64,000 bases of DNA from Eledone cirrhosa (lineage: Eukaryota): contig OZ024743.1 in assembly GCA_964016885.1 (NCBI GenBank), forward strand, positions 94,984,001 to 95,048,000, given 5' to 3'. The notes under the pieces are model-generated. The model worked only from the letters and a program-made list of their open reading frames with translations, made no database searches and was not told the DNA's origin. A program made the translations under genes and the position numbers. Of this stretch, positions 1 through 16,054 are shown piece after piece. Within the stretch, counting starts at the first letter, position 1. Each line of letters begins with the position of its first letter.

Positions 1-407
1 GATCCTGAGGAGTTGGGAGTAGGGAATAGAGTGTTTAGTGTGTGTAGGGTGGGAGGAGGTGAAGTCGAGGTAGGAGTGGGAGTCTGTGGGTTTGAAGAAG
101 GCGGAGGTGACGAGAGAGTGGTGGGAGGGGTCGATGGCGACGGAGATGTCTAAGAAGTGGACGTGGGTGGTGGAGATAGAGGTGGTGAAGTGGAGGGAGG
201 GGTGGAAGGAGCAGAAGAAGGAGAGAAAGGAGTTGAGCTGTTCTCGCGTGAGGGTCGTGGCTCTGATACAGTAGTCGATGTAACGACCGTACAGTTCGGG
301 CGTGGGGCCGGTGTACTAGGCAAAGATTTGGGCCTCAACATGGCCAACGAAAAGGTTGGCATAGTTTGGGCTCATTCTTGTGCCCATGGCTACCCCCGTA
401 ACCTGTT
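1..407 (-). pseudogene. PLE reverse transcriptase fragment (Neptune-like), degenerate
   Basis: Minus strand reads GVAMGTRMSPNYANLFVG..YGRYIDYC..HFLDISV..FFKPTDSHSYLDFTSSHPTHTKHSIPYSQLLRI, with an in-frame stop. These are PLE RT motifs B', C, E and thumb. Confidence 0.85.
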
Positions 408-450
408 AGTAAAACTGTTACCCCCGTAACCTGTTACATCACTCATACGG

Positions 451-1371
451 ATGACGCCCATGGCCTCCAAATACCTGATACTCAAAAACTCAGCAATGTC
501 CAGTAGTGCTAAGTTTAATATTCTGATCGCAGATTTGGTACGAGTGATGAAGAATGTGTCCAGCATGTGCGACCCAACAGAAATGGAAGGACACATCCAA
601 CACTTCATCAACCGCATGCAGTTCTCTGGCTACAACCAAAGAGACAGAGTCAGAGTATACGAAGGAGCCATGGAAAAGTATAAGACCCTCATAGAACTGG
701 ACATGAAAGGAATTTGCCCACTATACAGGAGCAAATCATGGAATAGCTTAGATAGGGCTAGACATAAGATAGGGAAGGCCACATCATGGTACGACAACCA
801 GAGATATCAGAGTGTCATGTTTGTGGACGCCACCCCTGGAGGGAAATTAGCTAACCAGTGTAGAAAGGCCCTGAGAAAGACCCACTTAAAAATAAAGGTG
901 GTAGAAAAGCCAGGAACCACCATAAAATCCCTGATCAGCAAAACCTACCCTTTTAAGAAAAACCACTGTACCAATAGGAAATGTATCATTTGTAAGGTGA
1001 ACCCCCGGATAAACTGTAAAACTAGAAACGTAGTCTATAGCATAAGATGTACAGAGGGTACTTGCAGAAACATGACAACAACATACATAGGTGAGACAGC
1101 TCGTAGCATAGGTGAAAGGATAGACCAACACTGGGGGGAACTAAAAGGACGAAAAAACGGGTCAGTACTATACGAACATGCTAGACAACAACATGACGGT
1201 AACATAGACAACATAGAAATTAGAATAATATCTAAACATAGGAATGACCCAGCAGATAGGCAAATCAGAGAGGCCAGTGAAATAGAAATTAGAAGACCAA
1301 AGCTAAACAGAAAGAATGAGTGGAACAACAACAACACCCAAACAAACAACACTGACCTAAGAGAAGTATAA
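451..1371 (+). CDS. 5'-truncated PLE ORF: RT thumb, Cys-rich linker and GIY-YIG endonuclease (Nematis/Neptune-like)
   Basis: CTNRKCIICK..NCKTRNVVYSIRC..C..YIGETARSIGERIDQH..EH..RQIREA..PKLN. Clade assignment is tentative. Confidence 0.85.
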   Translation: MTPMASKYLILKNSAMSSSAKFNILIADLVRVMKNVSSMCDPTEMEGHIQHFINRMQFSGYNQRDRVRVYEGAMEKYKTLIELDMKGICPLYRSKSWNSLDRARHKIGKATSWYDNQRYQSVMFVDATPGGKLANQCRKALRKTHLKIKVVEKPGTTIKSLISKTYPFKKNHCTNRKCIICKVNPRINCKTRNVVYSIRCTEGTCRNMTTTYIGETARSIGERIDQHWGELKGRKNGSVLYEHARQQHDGNIDNIEIRIISKHRNDPADRQIREASEIEIRRPKLNRKNEWNNNNTQTNNTDLREV

Positions 1372-1630
1372 ATAAGTAAATAAAATAAAATAAAATAAGA
1401 TAAATAAATACATACACAAGCACATAAACACACACTAGTCACCCAGCAGACACAACACTATACACACTAGTCACACATCACACTATACACACACGCAAAC
1501 GCATGCGCAAAGAAGACAAAATAAAATAAGATAAACAAACAATCAAATAAATAAATAAATATATAGACAGACTGAACAAAAAAAAATGGCGTAGACATAC
1601 AACACAACAGGAGGAACAATGAATATAACA

Positions 1631-1670
1631 CCACTGACGATGTTGCAGATGTGCAACGAAAGATTTATGT
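1631..1670 (+). ncRNA. Minimal type I hammerhead ribozyme in PLE 3' UTR (weak stem I)
   Basis: cca CTGACGA t-gttgca-gatg-tgcaac GAAA gatt TA tg. Confidence 0.65.
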
Positions 1671-1932
1671 AAATTATGTAAACTATATATATGTGTTTGT
1701 GTCTATATTGTATCTGTATTATTTTTGACCGCCGGTCAGTCAATGGCAACATTGAGGACCCAGTAAGTTAGATCGCAGATATATATATATAAAAGACAGC
1801 GAGAAGCGAAAACCAACCAAACAGTGAGTGTGTTCTGTTATTAATTCTGGCAATATTACACAAATATGACCCTTCCCAAATATAACAATATCTGTTTCGA
1901 CACACGATTTCATATAAAAAACCTCGCAAAAC

Positions 1933-4800
<2,868 letters not shown>

Positions 4801-5055
4801 CATCATCATCATCATCAACGTTTAACGTCCGTGTTCCACGCTTGCATGGGTTTGGACGGGGGTAGTCCCACTTGAGGCAAGAGTGATTGTCTTGCTCGCA
4901 TAGGACTGTCTGGCAGGTTTTCTACAGTTGGATGCCCTTCCTAACACCAACCACATTTACAGTGTGGGTCTGGGAGGTTTTTACCGTGTTGCCTACACGG
5001 CCACATTACAGCGTGGACTGTGTGTTTTTTTGTCGTGACACCTACACGATCTCAT
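4801..5055 (-). mobile_element. SINE / RTE-type 3' end with (GAT)n tail
   Basis: Minus strand ends cccgtccaaacccatgcaagcgtggaacacggacgttaaacgttgatgatgatg. Confidence 0.55.
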
Positions 5056-5255
5056 NNNNNNNNNNNNNNNNNNNNNNNNNNNNNNNNNNNNNNNNNNNNN
5101 NNNNNNNNNNNNNNNNNNNNNNNNNNNNNNNNNNNNNNNNNNNNNNNNNNNNNNNNNNNNNNNNNNNNNNNNNNNNNNNNNNNNNNNNNNNNNNNNNNNN
5201 NNNNNNNNNNNNNNNNNNNNNNNNNNNNNNNNNNNNNNNNNNNNNNNNNNNNNNN
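5056..5255. other. Assembly gap (200 N)
   Basis: Seen directly. Confidence 1.
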
Positions 5256-5279
5256 ATATATATATTATATATATATATT

Positions 5280-5312
<33 letters not shown>

Positions 5313-5325
5313 ATTTATATATATA

Positions 5326-5621
<296 letters not shown>

Positions 5622-5673
5622 ATTTATATATATATATATATATTTATATAATATATATATATTTATATATATA

Positions 5674-5900
<227 letters not shown>

Positions 5901-6078
5901 AGCTTGAAACTAGTACATCGTTCCTGTGTCAGTGTTGAACAAAAAGGTGACGTGGTTGCCTTAACACCGTATGGCATAAATTCAGGCTGTTCAGTTTGTT
6001 TACAAACGAACAAAGCGACGTTAGCGCCGCTAAACTGATACGTGCATATATGTATGTGTACCTGTATGCATATGTATA

Positions 6079-6113
<35 letters not shown>

Positions 6114-6353
6114 GTGCATGCTACTGTACGTCTGTATACATATATGTATGTACGTATACATGCATACTTACATTTAAGTAAGTGCCATACTAAGAGTGAG
6201 AAATGAAATTTCGTTTTCATTTTGTTTTAATTTATCGTTTTCGGTATGCCTAACCGATTTAACTCACTCAATATGCAAATTAGGCTGCTCAGCCGTTAAT
6301 TTTCATAAGGAAAGTATATACTTTCGAACGTTCAACTATCTGGCAGATGGGTA

Positions 6354-6398
6354 AACGGTGCTGATGATAGCTAACAAGCTTGAAACTAGTACATCGTT
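6354..6398 (+). ncRNA. Minimal type I hammerhead ribozyme, copy 1
   Basis: aacggtg CTGATGA t-agct-aaca-agct-t GAAA ctag TA catcgtt. Palindromic stem III ACTAGT. Cleavage predicted after 6391. Confidence 0.9.
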
Positions 6399-6554
6399 CC
6401 TGTGTCAGTGTTGAACAAAAAGGTGACGTGGTTGCCTTAACACCGTATGGCATAAATTCAGGCTGTTCAGTTTGTTTACAAACGAACAAAGCGACGTTAG
6501 CGCCGCTAAACTGATACGTGCATATATGTATGTGTACCTGTATGCATATGTATA

Positions 6555-6589
<35 letters not shown>

Positions 6590-6829
6590 GTGCATGCTAC
6601 TGTACGTCTGTATACATATATGTATGTACGTATACATGCATACTTACATTTAAGTAAGTGCCATACTAAGAGTGAGAAATGAAATTTCGTTTTCATTTTG
6701 TTTTAATTTATCGTTTTCGGTATGCCTAACCGATTTAACTCACTCAATATGCAAATTAGGCTGCTCAGCCGTTAATTTTCATAAGGAAAGTATATACTTT
6801 CGAACGTTCAACTATCTGGCAGATGGGTA

Positions 6830-6874
6830 AACGGTGCTGATGATAGCTAACAAGCTTGAAACTAGTACATCGTT
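6830..6874 (+). ncRNA. Minimal type I hammerhead ribozyme, copy 2
   Basis: Identical to copy 1, offset +476. Confidence 0.9.
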
Positions 6875-7030
6875 CCTGTGTCAGTGTTGAACAAAAAGGT
6901 GACGTGGTTGCCTTAACACCGTATGGCATAAATTCAGGCTGTTCAGTTTGTTTACAAACGAACAAAGCGACGTTAGCGCCGCTAAACTGATACGTGCATA
7001 TATGTATGTGTACCTGTATGCATATGTATA

Positions 7031-7065
<35 letters not shown>

Positions 7066-7305
7066 GTGCATGCTACTGTACGTCTGTATACATATATGTA
7101 TGTACGTATACATGCATACTTACATTTAAGTAAGTGCCATACTAAGAGTGAGAAATGAAATTTCGTTTTCATTTTGTTTTAATTTATCGTTTTCGGTATG
7201 CCTAACCGATTTAACTCACTCAATATGCAAATTAGGCTGCTCAGCCGTTAATTTTCATAAGGAAAGTATATACTTTCGAACGTTCAACTATCTGGCAGAT
7301 GGGTA

Positions 7306-7350
7306 AACGGTGCTGATGATAGCTAACAAGCTTGAAACTAGTACATCGTT
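7306..7350 (+). ncRNA. Minimal type I hammerhead ribozyme, copy 3
   Basis: Identical to copy 1, offset +952. Confidence 0.9.
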
Positions 7351-7506
7351 CCTGTGTCAGTGTTGAACAAAAAGGTGACGTGGTTGCCTTAACACCGTAT
7401 GGCATAAATTCAGGCTGTTCAGTTTGTTTACAAACGAACAAAGCGACGTTAGCGCCGCTAAACTGATACGTGCATATATGTATGTGTACCTGTATGCATA
7501 TGTATA

Positions 7507-7541
<35 letters not shown>

Positions 7542-7781
7542 GTGCATGCTACTGTACGTCTGTATACATATATGTATGTACGTATACATGCATACTTACA
7601 TTTAAGTAAGTGCCATACTAAGAGTGAGAAATGAAATTTCGTTTTCATTTTGTTTTAATTTATCGTTTTCGGTATGCCTAACCGATTTAACTCACTCAAT
7701 ATGCAAATTAGGCTGCTCAGCCGTTAATTTTCATAAGGAAAGTATATACTTTCGAACGTTCAACTATCTGGCAGATGGGTA

Positions 7782-7826
7782 AACGGTGCTAATGATAGCT
7801 AACAAGCTTGAAACTAGTACATCGTT
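7782..7826 (+). ncRNA. Hammerhead ribozyme, copy 4, core mutant (G5A)
   Basis: CTAATGA at 7789-7795 instead of CTGATGA. Otherwise identical. Confidence 0.8.
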
Positions 7827-7982
7827 CCTGTGTCAGTGTTGAACAAAAAGGTGACGTGGTTGCCTTAACACCGTATGGCATAAATTCAGGCTGTTCAGTT
7901 TGTTTACAAACGAACAAAGCGGCGTTAGCGCCGCTAAACTGATACGTGCATATATGTATGTGTACCTGTATGCATATGTATA

Positions 7983-8017
<35 letters not shown>

Positions 8018-8132
8018 GTGCATGCTACTGTACGTCTGTATACATATATGTATGTACGTATACATGCATACTTACATTTAAGTAAGTGCCATACTAAGAG
8101 TGAGAAATGAAATTTCGTTTCATTTTGTTTTA

Positions 8133-8167
<35 letters not shown>

Positions 8168-8259
8168 TATATATATATATATTCATATATATATATATAT
8201 TTATATATATATATATTTATATATATATATATATATATATTCATATATATATATATATT

Positions 8260-8389
<130 letters not shown>

Positions 8390-8412
8390 TATATATATAT
8401 ATATATATATAA

Positions 8413-8471
<59 letters not shown>

Positions 8472-8503
8472 GATATATATACATAACAAACAACCTCTAC
8501 AAC

Positions 8504-10801
8504 ATGAACACTGAACTGTACAATAAGCTAATCCTCAGGGAACTGAGGAAGTGCTACAAAAAAACACCTGGATTTACCCTGGATGAGATCAATGCCACAG
8601 CTTACAGGATTATATCCAGAATCGGCATAGAGGACAGGACGGCCCCATACCAACCAAGGGAGCCGCGGATTACCCTTAAAGACCACAAGTCAAACTTTGA
8701 GTCCGACCTCCCTGTCAGACTAATAGCCCCCTCCAGATCTGACCTAGGGATCGTCAGTAAAAGAATACTGGATAGGATTTTGCCCAAGCTTCGGAAAAAA
8801 ACCAAATTACAGCAATGGTCATGCACGAGAGAAGTAATAGAATGGTTCAAAATACTGCACGAGAAAAGTAGGACCAGCTTTATACAACTGGACATCGCAA
8901 GCTACTACTCCTCAATCTCACCCATAGTACTTAATAAGGCCCTATTTTTAGCGATGTCCAATACGGACCTAACCCGAGAGGAGGTGAGCATCATCCACGC
9001 CGCAAGAAATACCTTAATCCGCTTCGATGGAGACCTGTGGACCAGGAGTGATTGGCCAAATAACTTTGACATCACGATGGGCTCCAGCGACTCAGCGCAG
9101 GTAACGAACCTGGTTGGGCTCTACCTGCTGAAGCAGATAAAAGATGAAATCCCCTGCCTGGGCGGCGGATTATATCGTGACGATGCTCTATTCACAGTAC
9201 ATGACCACAGCACCAATATGTTGGAGGGTATGAGGAGGCGTATTCGCCATTTCTTTAAGAACCAGGGGCTCAGCATAGAAATAGACCCAAATAGGAAGGT
9301 AGTTAACTTCCTAGACACCACCCTAAACCTGAACACCGAGCAATACTACCCCTACCACAAGCCCAACGAGAAACTAGTATATGTTAACGCCAAATCAAAC
9401 CACCCTAGATCCATAACCAAGGCAGTGGTGAAGAGTGTCTCGGACAGGATCTCCAGCCTGTCCGCAAGTAAGGAAATATTCAACAACCACGCGGAATATT
9501 ACAACACAGCTTTAAAGAAGGCGGCACATGGACAAAATATAACATATAGTCCGAAAAGCCGGGAGGTGGATAGCCCAACAGACACCCACAACCGCGTTAC
9601 CAGAGGGGGGAGGGCGAACCCTAACAATACAGGCAGAGCAAAATCAAATAGGCACCATGTACCAGACACCACCACACGGGCGGTGGGGACTAGTGCGCTT
9701 GACCACGAGATGGAGCACAATATGAGTAGCAATCCCAGGCGTGATGCTAACTACCCCAGGACGGACAACCCCAACCGCAGGACACGTGGGGAGGGAGGAA
9801 ACGGGCGACCAACCCACGATGGATCTCCCGGGGCAGACAACAACCACCCCACAAATCCGGGCCGTGAAGATAACAAAAAGTATAGAGCCCAAAAGGGAAG
9901 CAACAGTGCGGAAACCACCAGCAAACCAACAAATCTCCAACAAATCACGAAGCCCCCAACCCACACATATAGGAGGAGACACCGACAAATCACGTGGTAC
10001 AACCCACCCTACTCAGCGGCCCTAAAGAAAAGCTTGGCCCGATTGTTCTTTGGAGCACTTGACAAATGCTTCCCGAGGGACCACAGATACCACAGGATCT
10101 TCAACAGACACACTGTGAAGCTTTCGTATTCCACCACGAGAAATTTGGCCCAACACATAGCTAGCATCAACAGAAGTAGGCTTAAAAACCACACACAACC
10201 AGAAGATGGCAATACAAACACTCAGCAAAACCATGTGAAAGGAGGGAAGGGGGGACCCAGAGCCCACCCAAGAAACACAAACAGACCCAAGGACCCCCCA
10301 CCGAGCATGGGGGAAGACCAACATGTAGCACATAATGAGAACCCTAATCTAAGCACGCAGAGGCCGCCCACCCTCTGCAACTGTAGAAACCCCGAATCAT
10401 GCCCCCTTGGTAATGAATGTCTCAAGAAGAACATAGTGTACGGTTGTAGGGTTAAAATCCCCAACTCCGAACACCTCTACATAGGAGCCACATCAACGAG
10501 CTTTAAGGGCCGCTGGTACAACCATCGCCATTCATTCAAGAAGGAGGCCAAAAGGAAAAGCACAGCTCTCTCCGACCTGATCTGGAAGCTTAAGCTGGAC
10601 AGGACCCCATACTCTCTGGCCTGGTACATAATCAGGAAAGTACCACCCGATAAAGGGGGATCTTGCATATGCAAACTATGCCTGAACGAGACCCTCGAGA
10701 TACTAAGAGGTGGAAGCGGCCTGATAAACCTCAGAACCGACTTCTTCGGGACATGCAGACACCTTAGAGCCGGGACCTTTCTCAAAATATATGGACAGTA
10801 G
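8504..10801 (+). CDS. PLE RT + GIY-YIG ORF (Hydra-clade-like), uninterrupted but 5'-truncated
   Basis: [78 protein letters not shown]-terminal CKLC..CRH. Confidence 0.92.
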   Translation: MNTELYNKLILRELRKCYKKTPGFTLDEINATAYRIISRIGIEDRTAPYQPREPRITLKDHKSNFESDLPVRLIAPSRSDLGIVSKRILDRILPKLRKKTKLQQWSCTREVIEWFKILHEKSRTSFIQLDIASYYSSISPIVLNKALFLAMSNTDLTREEVSIIHAARNTLIRFDGDLWTRSDWPNNFDITMGSSDSAQVTNLVGLYLLKQIKDEIPCLGGGLYRDDALFTVHDHSTNMLEGMRRRIRHFFKNQGLSIEIDPNRKVVNFLDTTLNLNTEQYYPYHKPNEKLVYVNAKSNHPRSITKAVVKSVSDRISSLSASKEIFNNHAEYYNTALKKAAHGQNITYSPKSREVDSPTDTHNRVTRGGRANPNNTGRAKSNRHHVPDTTTRAVGTSALDHEMEHNMSSNPRRDANYPRTDNPNRRTRGEGGNGRPTHDGSPGADNNHPTNPGREDNKKYRAQKGSNSAETTSKPTNLQQITKPPTHTYRRRHRQITWYNPPYSAALKKSLARLFFGALDKCFPRDHRYHRIFNRHTVKLSYSTTRNLAQHIASINRSRLKNHTQPEDGNTNTQQNHVKGGKGGPRAHPRNTNRPKDPPPSMGEDQHVAHNENPNLSTQRPPTLCNCRNPESCPLGNECLKKNIVYGCRVKIPNSEHLYIGATSTSFKGRWYNHRHSFKKEAKRKSTALSDLIWKLKLDRTPYSLAWYIIRKVPPDKGGSCICKLCLNETLEILRGGSGLINLRTDFFGTCRHLRAGTFLKIYGQ

Positions 10802-11690
10802 CAACACAAGAAGATGTGAACTCCCCTCAAGCTATAGGGTCTTCTACAGAACATGAAAACACCTCTCGGCCAGACCTCCCTCAAGCTATATGGACAATTA
10901 CAACACCCTAGGTTGTGAACTCCCCTCAAGCCATAGGGAACAACCCAGGCGGAGCAGACACCATGATAGCCTAGAGATAGAATCGGACACAGCCATAATA
11001 ATCTGACCAACATCTATAACACAAACACTTTTGATTTACCAGATTTCTGACTTTAAAGTTCCAATCTTAAATCTTGATTTCTCTTTATTAATTTGTTACT
11101 TGTTTTCTGCCCTCTTCACTGTATAACCTTATATTTATTTTAAGTTGAGATAGATTATAACACAAACACATTGAATATCTCATCTTAACATCTTGTATCA
11201 TACCAATCTATCTAACATATTCTGACCTTGAGATTGGTTATAGCACACACACACACACACTTTATCCTACATTATTTCTCACTTCTCCATATATTTTATC
11301 ATTACTTTTTCACCAATCTCTCATTTACTCTTTATTCTTTATTCTCTATTTATTTATTTATTTATTTTCAAATTACACAAATTATATTAATTATTTTATT
11401 TTATTATATTATTTATTTATCTTCTGTTTTCTTCATTTATTGCCTTATATTTCTTCATATACATGAAAGAACCCCCCCCCCCCCCCCCGCCACCACCACT
11501 ACGATGGTGGCGGGTGGGATGAAGAGAAAACACAAACTGAATACTTCTAAATTGTTAGCAGCAGCAAGGTATAAGCTGACCACTACAACAACAACAGTAC
11601 CAAAATAATGGTGGAGGTCAAATGTACTGAACAATAGCAGGCATAAACACCACAGGGAGCCTCACCCCAGAAAGGATTCTATAGACTTCT
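10802..11690 (+). mobile_element. 3' UTR / pseudo-LTR of the 8504-10801 PLE, cut off before its HHR
   Basis: Matches the reverse complement of about 62960-63840. Confidence 0.8.
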
Positions 11691-11949
11691 GAGAACCCCT
11701 ACCGATGCGCTGAACGAGTGTGACTTTTTAGTCCAGCCAGTGACTTGAAAACTCTGGTACAAACACTACACTTGTGACAATTATTGACACATAGTGCTGG
11801 GCCCATGGTACCATGTGACGACAAGTGCAGAGAGATCTCCAGATATAAAGCAATGCCTGTGCCGTGAAGCTTTTATAGTGAGCAAAGGCACTGCACAAAG
11901 CCAGTCCCACTCTCTTAACCAAGATGATATTTACCAAAAAGAAGAACAA

Positions 11950-12235
11950 GTCAACATCATTGGATACCATCAGGGTTGCAGGTGTTATATCAGAGTTTTC
12001 CTTCTCCTAGAATTCTGCCTTGACAAAGGCTAAGGGGTCATCTCTCCCAGTGATTTTGGATGGCCATTGACTCTTAAGAGCTCCTTTGCCCTTTGACAGG
12101 TTTTGTTTTTAGTCCTGCAGGATGTCCAAAGTCACCCTCCTCACCAAGAAACCTTGGTGGGGTTGCCAGTTTAGTCGCCAACGACCCGACCATGAGACAG
12201 GTTGTACTGGGATACATGTTACCAGTAGCACCAAT
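11950..12235. repeat. Unclassified interspersed repeat
   Basis: The end tagtcgcc..gaccatga(g/a)acaggttgtactggg recurs at about 59238-59300. Confidence 0.5.
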
Positions 12236-12979
12236 ATATATAGATATATATATACATATATATTCATATATATATATATATACATATATATTCATATATA
12301 TATATATATAATATATATAAATGAAAATATAGAAATTATTGTGAGCAAGAAGCCAACAGTATTTCATAATATATAAAAATGGAAAATAATTAACGTAAGA
12401 TATGGGAAAATAATTCAAACTCAATTAAAAAAATCAAGACAGTGATTTTATCTACAGATTTTGTGAAATCCTGTGAAAAACCAATAGAGACTTAACTCAG
12501 AATCAAATAAATCTTAAATACTCATCCTTCAATTTGGAAAAACTACAAATGCTCTATATTGTCTTAAAAAGACTATTTCACGAAACGTTTCAGTGTGGAT
12601 GGTCACGGTTGGAGTGGTTCATCAGTAGATCTCAAACACGATAACCCTGAATATGCCAGAATATGCCAAAACGGGAATTTAAAAGCAGGCTAGTTCACCT
12701 CGTGTGTTTATAAAAATATACACACATGGAGAGACATGTCTGGTGACGTCAGAATGAGACGAATGGCTATTTACAAGAAACAGCAGTCAAAAACATTCCG
12801 AAAAAACTCTACAAAATGTAAGGAGTTTAGCAAAATAACAATATTATCACGGTTTTAAAAAAAAAAAAAAAGACCGGGATTAGTCACAAATAATTTTAAG
12901 TACTCTACGAAAAAATTCCGAGTATAAATATAAATGAAAATATAGAAATTATTGGGAGCAAGAAGCCAATATAATATAT

Positions 12980-13116
12980 CTGTTCAGAATTAGCCGTCGA
13001 AATGGCTTGAGCTCAGCCGTCGGGGTCCTACTTGTTCCTATTACCCATTCTACTACCCTAAGTATTGAGTACTTTGGTGCGTTATGGTCCATCTGGTTCC
13101 TTACCACATTTCCTTC

Positions 13117-13120
<4 letters not shown>
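12980..13120 (+). mobile_element. 3' terminal fragment of an HHR-bearing element (3' half of HHR)
   Basis: agccgtc GAAA tggct-tgagctc-agccg TC ggggtc. Homologues at 43968-44150 and 61480-61665. Confidence 0.6.
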
Positions 13121-13169
<49 letters not shown>

Positions 13170-13946
13170 ATTATATATATATATAGTAACTATATATATA
13201 TATATATTGTTATTATATATATATATATAGTAACTATATATATATATATATATATATAGTAACCATATATATATATATATATATTGTTACTGTATATATT
13301 TATATCTGTATTTTTAACCGTTGGTCAATCAATGATAAACATTGATTGACAGATAAATTAACCATGGAGATATAAAATATACAGAAGCGAAAAGCAACAC
13401 AAACCAAACAGTGAGTGTGTCTTATTATTATTTCTGGTAATATTATAATAATATGACCCTCCCCAAATATAACAATATTTGTTATTCTATTCATTATACC
13501 CAATGAACTTATAATATTAAGTTCACATGAAGATATGTCACTATCTTAACATCACTTATATTTTATCCGCCGAAAGCTTACTTAAAAATTAGTACCCTTG
13601 AAATACGTATAATAAAACAAATATAGTTTTATAAAGATATTTTCCATTTATTAATATTATTGCTATTAATGATACTCCGGATAAAAACTGTTGAGTGCTT
13701 CTAATCTGTGTAAAATTAACTTTGTGGAATAATCAACAAACCAAATAACACATTGTTTATATATATTGTTTATATATATATATATACAAGGCTCCGGACT
13801 GATTCTTTGTAATTTTATTTTCAACCTAAAAACTTTTCGGACTTTCGCAGTTATCTCCCTTACACCTCTCGCGCGCAGTCTAGTATTGCCTGTGTGTTCC
13901 GCATGGGCGTTCGTACGGTTGTCCTTCCTGTTACTATAAGCCCATT

Positions 13947-13986
13947 CCGAGCTGAGGATCCGGTAAGGTGAAACAATTGTTCTCGG
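13947..13986 (+). ncRNA. Minimal type I hammerhead ribozyme
   Basis: ccgag CTGAGGA tccggtaaggt GAAA caattg TT ctcgg. Very short stem II. Confidence 0.75.
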
Positions 13987-14194
13987 TATGGTGAACTAAC
14001 TGTTGTGTAATCACTTTTCTACCTAATTCGTCCCATGGACTGAGTGCTCTATCACTACGGATATTACCTTCCAGTGTTCCACCACTATATATATATATAT
14101 ATATATATATATTAGGAAACGGAAATAACAACATAATCGGTACAGTATATGGAAGGTATATATTAGCTTAACGCTTGATATAGCAGGAAGGGGG

Positions 14195-14230
14195 TCTTAA
14201 AGTTTCGGACGCTAGTCCTTTATCGGAAGA
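14195..14230 (-). ncRNA. Degenerate minimal hammerhead
   Basis: tctt CCGATAA a-ggac-tagc-gtcc GAAA ct TT aaga (two core changes). Confidence 0.45.
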
Positions 14231-14519
14231 AAGAATGAGAAGTAAAATGGATTAAGGGGACGGGCGGAGTGGAATTGGAAAAAATATCATTAGATAAAAA
14301 TAATAGGTCCATTCATGTTGACATCTCATATATATATATAATCATATATTTATATATATATTTAATATAGAAATGGCATCTACATCATTAGAACTGTTTC
14401 ATTCGGGAGAAATCATCAGGTAGCTATATATATATATTGTTATATTTGCCGAGGGTCATCTTGTTATAATATTGCCAGAGATAATAATAATATATATATA
14501 ATAATAATAATGTATATAT

Positions 14520-15062
14520 CATCAAGGTATTTGAGAGGGTGGTAAGATCACGAATAACCCACTTTCTTGAGAGCAAAACAGACTGCTGAACTCCAACCAA
14601 CATGTGTTCCGTAGTAGAAGGACTGCCTGATGTGGAAAATATCTGCATGATGTGGAAAATATTCCATCAGCATTACACAAATGATGTTGGCATCACCTTT
14701 AAACTACACATAAGGCTTGGATCCCGTGCTATCCGCCCACGACAAAAATCACTCTCGCATCTCATAACAACAATACGGCACAATTATTTCACCCCAATTG
14801 ACCCCGCTCTCTTTAACATCACACCAAAACACATTAAAACAGAAACAGACCCCATAAAGTTCAAGAAGTTGTTGGGCAAATTCATTCAAGAAATCGTGGA
14901 TAAACTTCCTACACCCGGATATGTCTCCGTAAACAATAACTCTCTATTTAAGTTGGCCATGGTATCCAAAGCCTGATTTGAAAGACTTCGCCAGGTGGTG
15001 CTATTAAGTTAGACATGGCCTGGGTCAATATTGGCCAAAATGTATCAAAGTTATCAAAGTTA
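14520..15062 (+). pseudogene. CR1-like LINE RT fragments, internally deleted, with 3' tail
   Basis: IKVFERVV..LLNSNQHVFRS joined to ..PALFNITPKHIK..FKKLL..DKLPTPGY. Tail (tatcaaagt)x2. Confidence 0.7.
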
Positions 15063-15080
15063 AAGTTAACTATGACCAGT

Positions 15081-15120
15081 CCGAGCTGAAGATCCGCTAA
15101 GGTGAAACAATTGTTCTTGG
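15081..15120 (+). ncRNA. Minimal type I hammerhead ribozyme (paralogue of 13947)
   Basis: ccgag CTGAAGA tccgctaaggt GAAA caattg TT cttgg. Confidence 0.72.
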
Positions 15121-15146
15121 TATGGTGAACTAACTGTTGTGTTACT

Positions 15147-15248
<102 letters not shown>

Positions 15249-15488
15249 TAGATTGAGTTAGAAACTCAAAATAGTCTTTTACAATTAAATAGCTCAAAGA
15301 AGGGAAACTTTCCGAGCCGTGTAATATAATTGGATATATGAGAGGGATGAACACAGATACAAGTATTCATGTGTTACAATTGCAAATGACCAAGTTAGCT
15401 AGGTTGAAATAAACAATATGGTTTACCTGACTCGATTTAAAGTAATAAATCAATAACAATAACAAACCTATATCGGGCAATAGCCTTT

Positions 15489-15565
15489 GATACCCGGACA
15501 GACCTAAATCTGTTTCGCAAGTATTATTAAATAAGTCAGCATTCCTGTGCTCTTCTGCGGGTATC
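15489..15565 (-). ncRNA. Type I hammerhead with full stem III, U4A core variant
   Basis: Reverse-complement copy of 15976-16054. Confidence 0.7.
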
Positions 15566-15975
15566 CAGGAAAATTCGTACCTTTCACTTCAAAGGATCTA
15601 AGAAGACTGAACGATATGCTGATATAACGCACATGTCGCAGCGCCTAGCGCGTCTCATAGTCATGCCGCTAAAAATAGCAGCTGGATTTACGAGACTCAG
15701 GTTAGCTCTACATAAGGAGCCGAGAATATCATAAATTGAGTTAGAAACTCAAAATAGTATTTTACAATTAAATAGCTCAAATAAGGGAATCTTTCCGAGC
15801 CATGTAATATAATTGGATATATGAGAGGGATGAACACAGATATAAGTATATATGTGTTCCAATTGCAAATGACCAATGAGTATGAGACGCGCTAGGCGCT
15901 GCGACATGTCCGTTTATATCAGCATATCGTTCAGTCTTCTTAGATCCTTTGAAGTGAAAGGTACGAATTTTCCTG

Positions 15976-16054
15976 GATACCCGCAGAAGAGCACAGGAAT
16001 GCTGACTTTCATTTAATAATTCTTGCGAAACAGATTTAGGTCTGTCCGGGTATC
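15976..16054 (+). ncRNA. Type I hammerhead with full stem III, U4A core variant
   Basis: gatacccg CAGAAGA gca...tgc GAAA cagat-ttag-gtctg TC cgggtatc (8-bp stem I, GUC site). Confidence 0.72.

Noticed and set aside
13560-13617. HHR-like fold (CCGCCGA...GAAA tacgta TA), relative at about 21895-21955
   Set aside because: Core too decayed to list as a ribozyme. Probably a relic.
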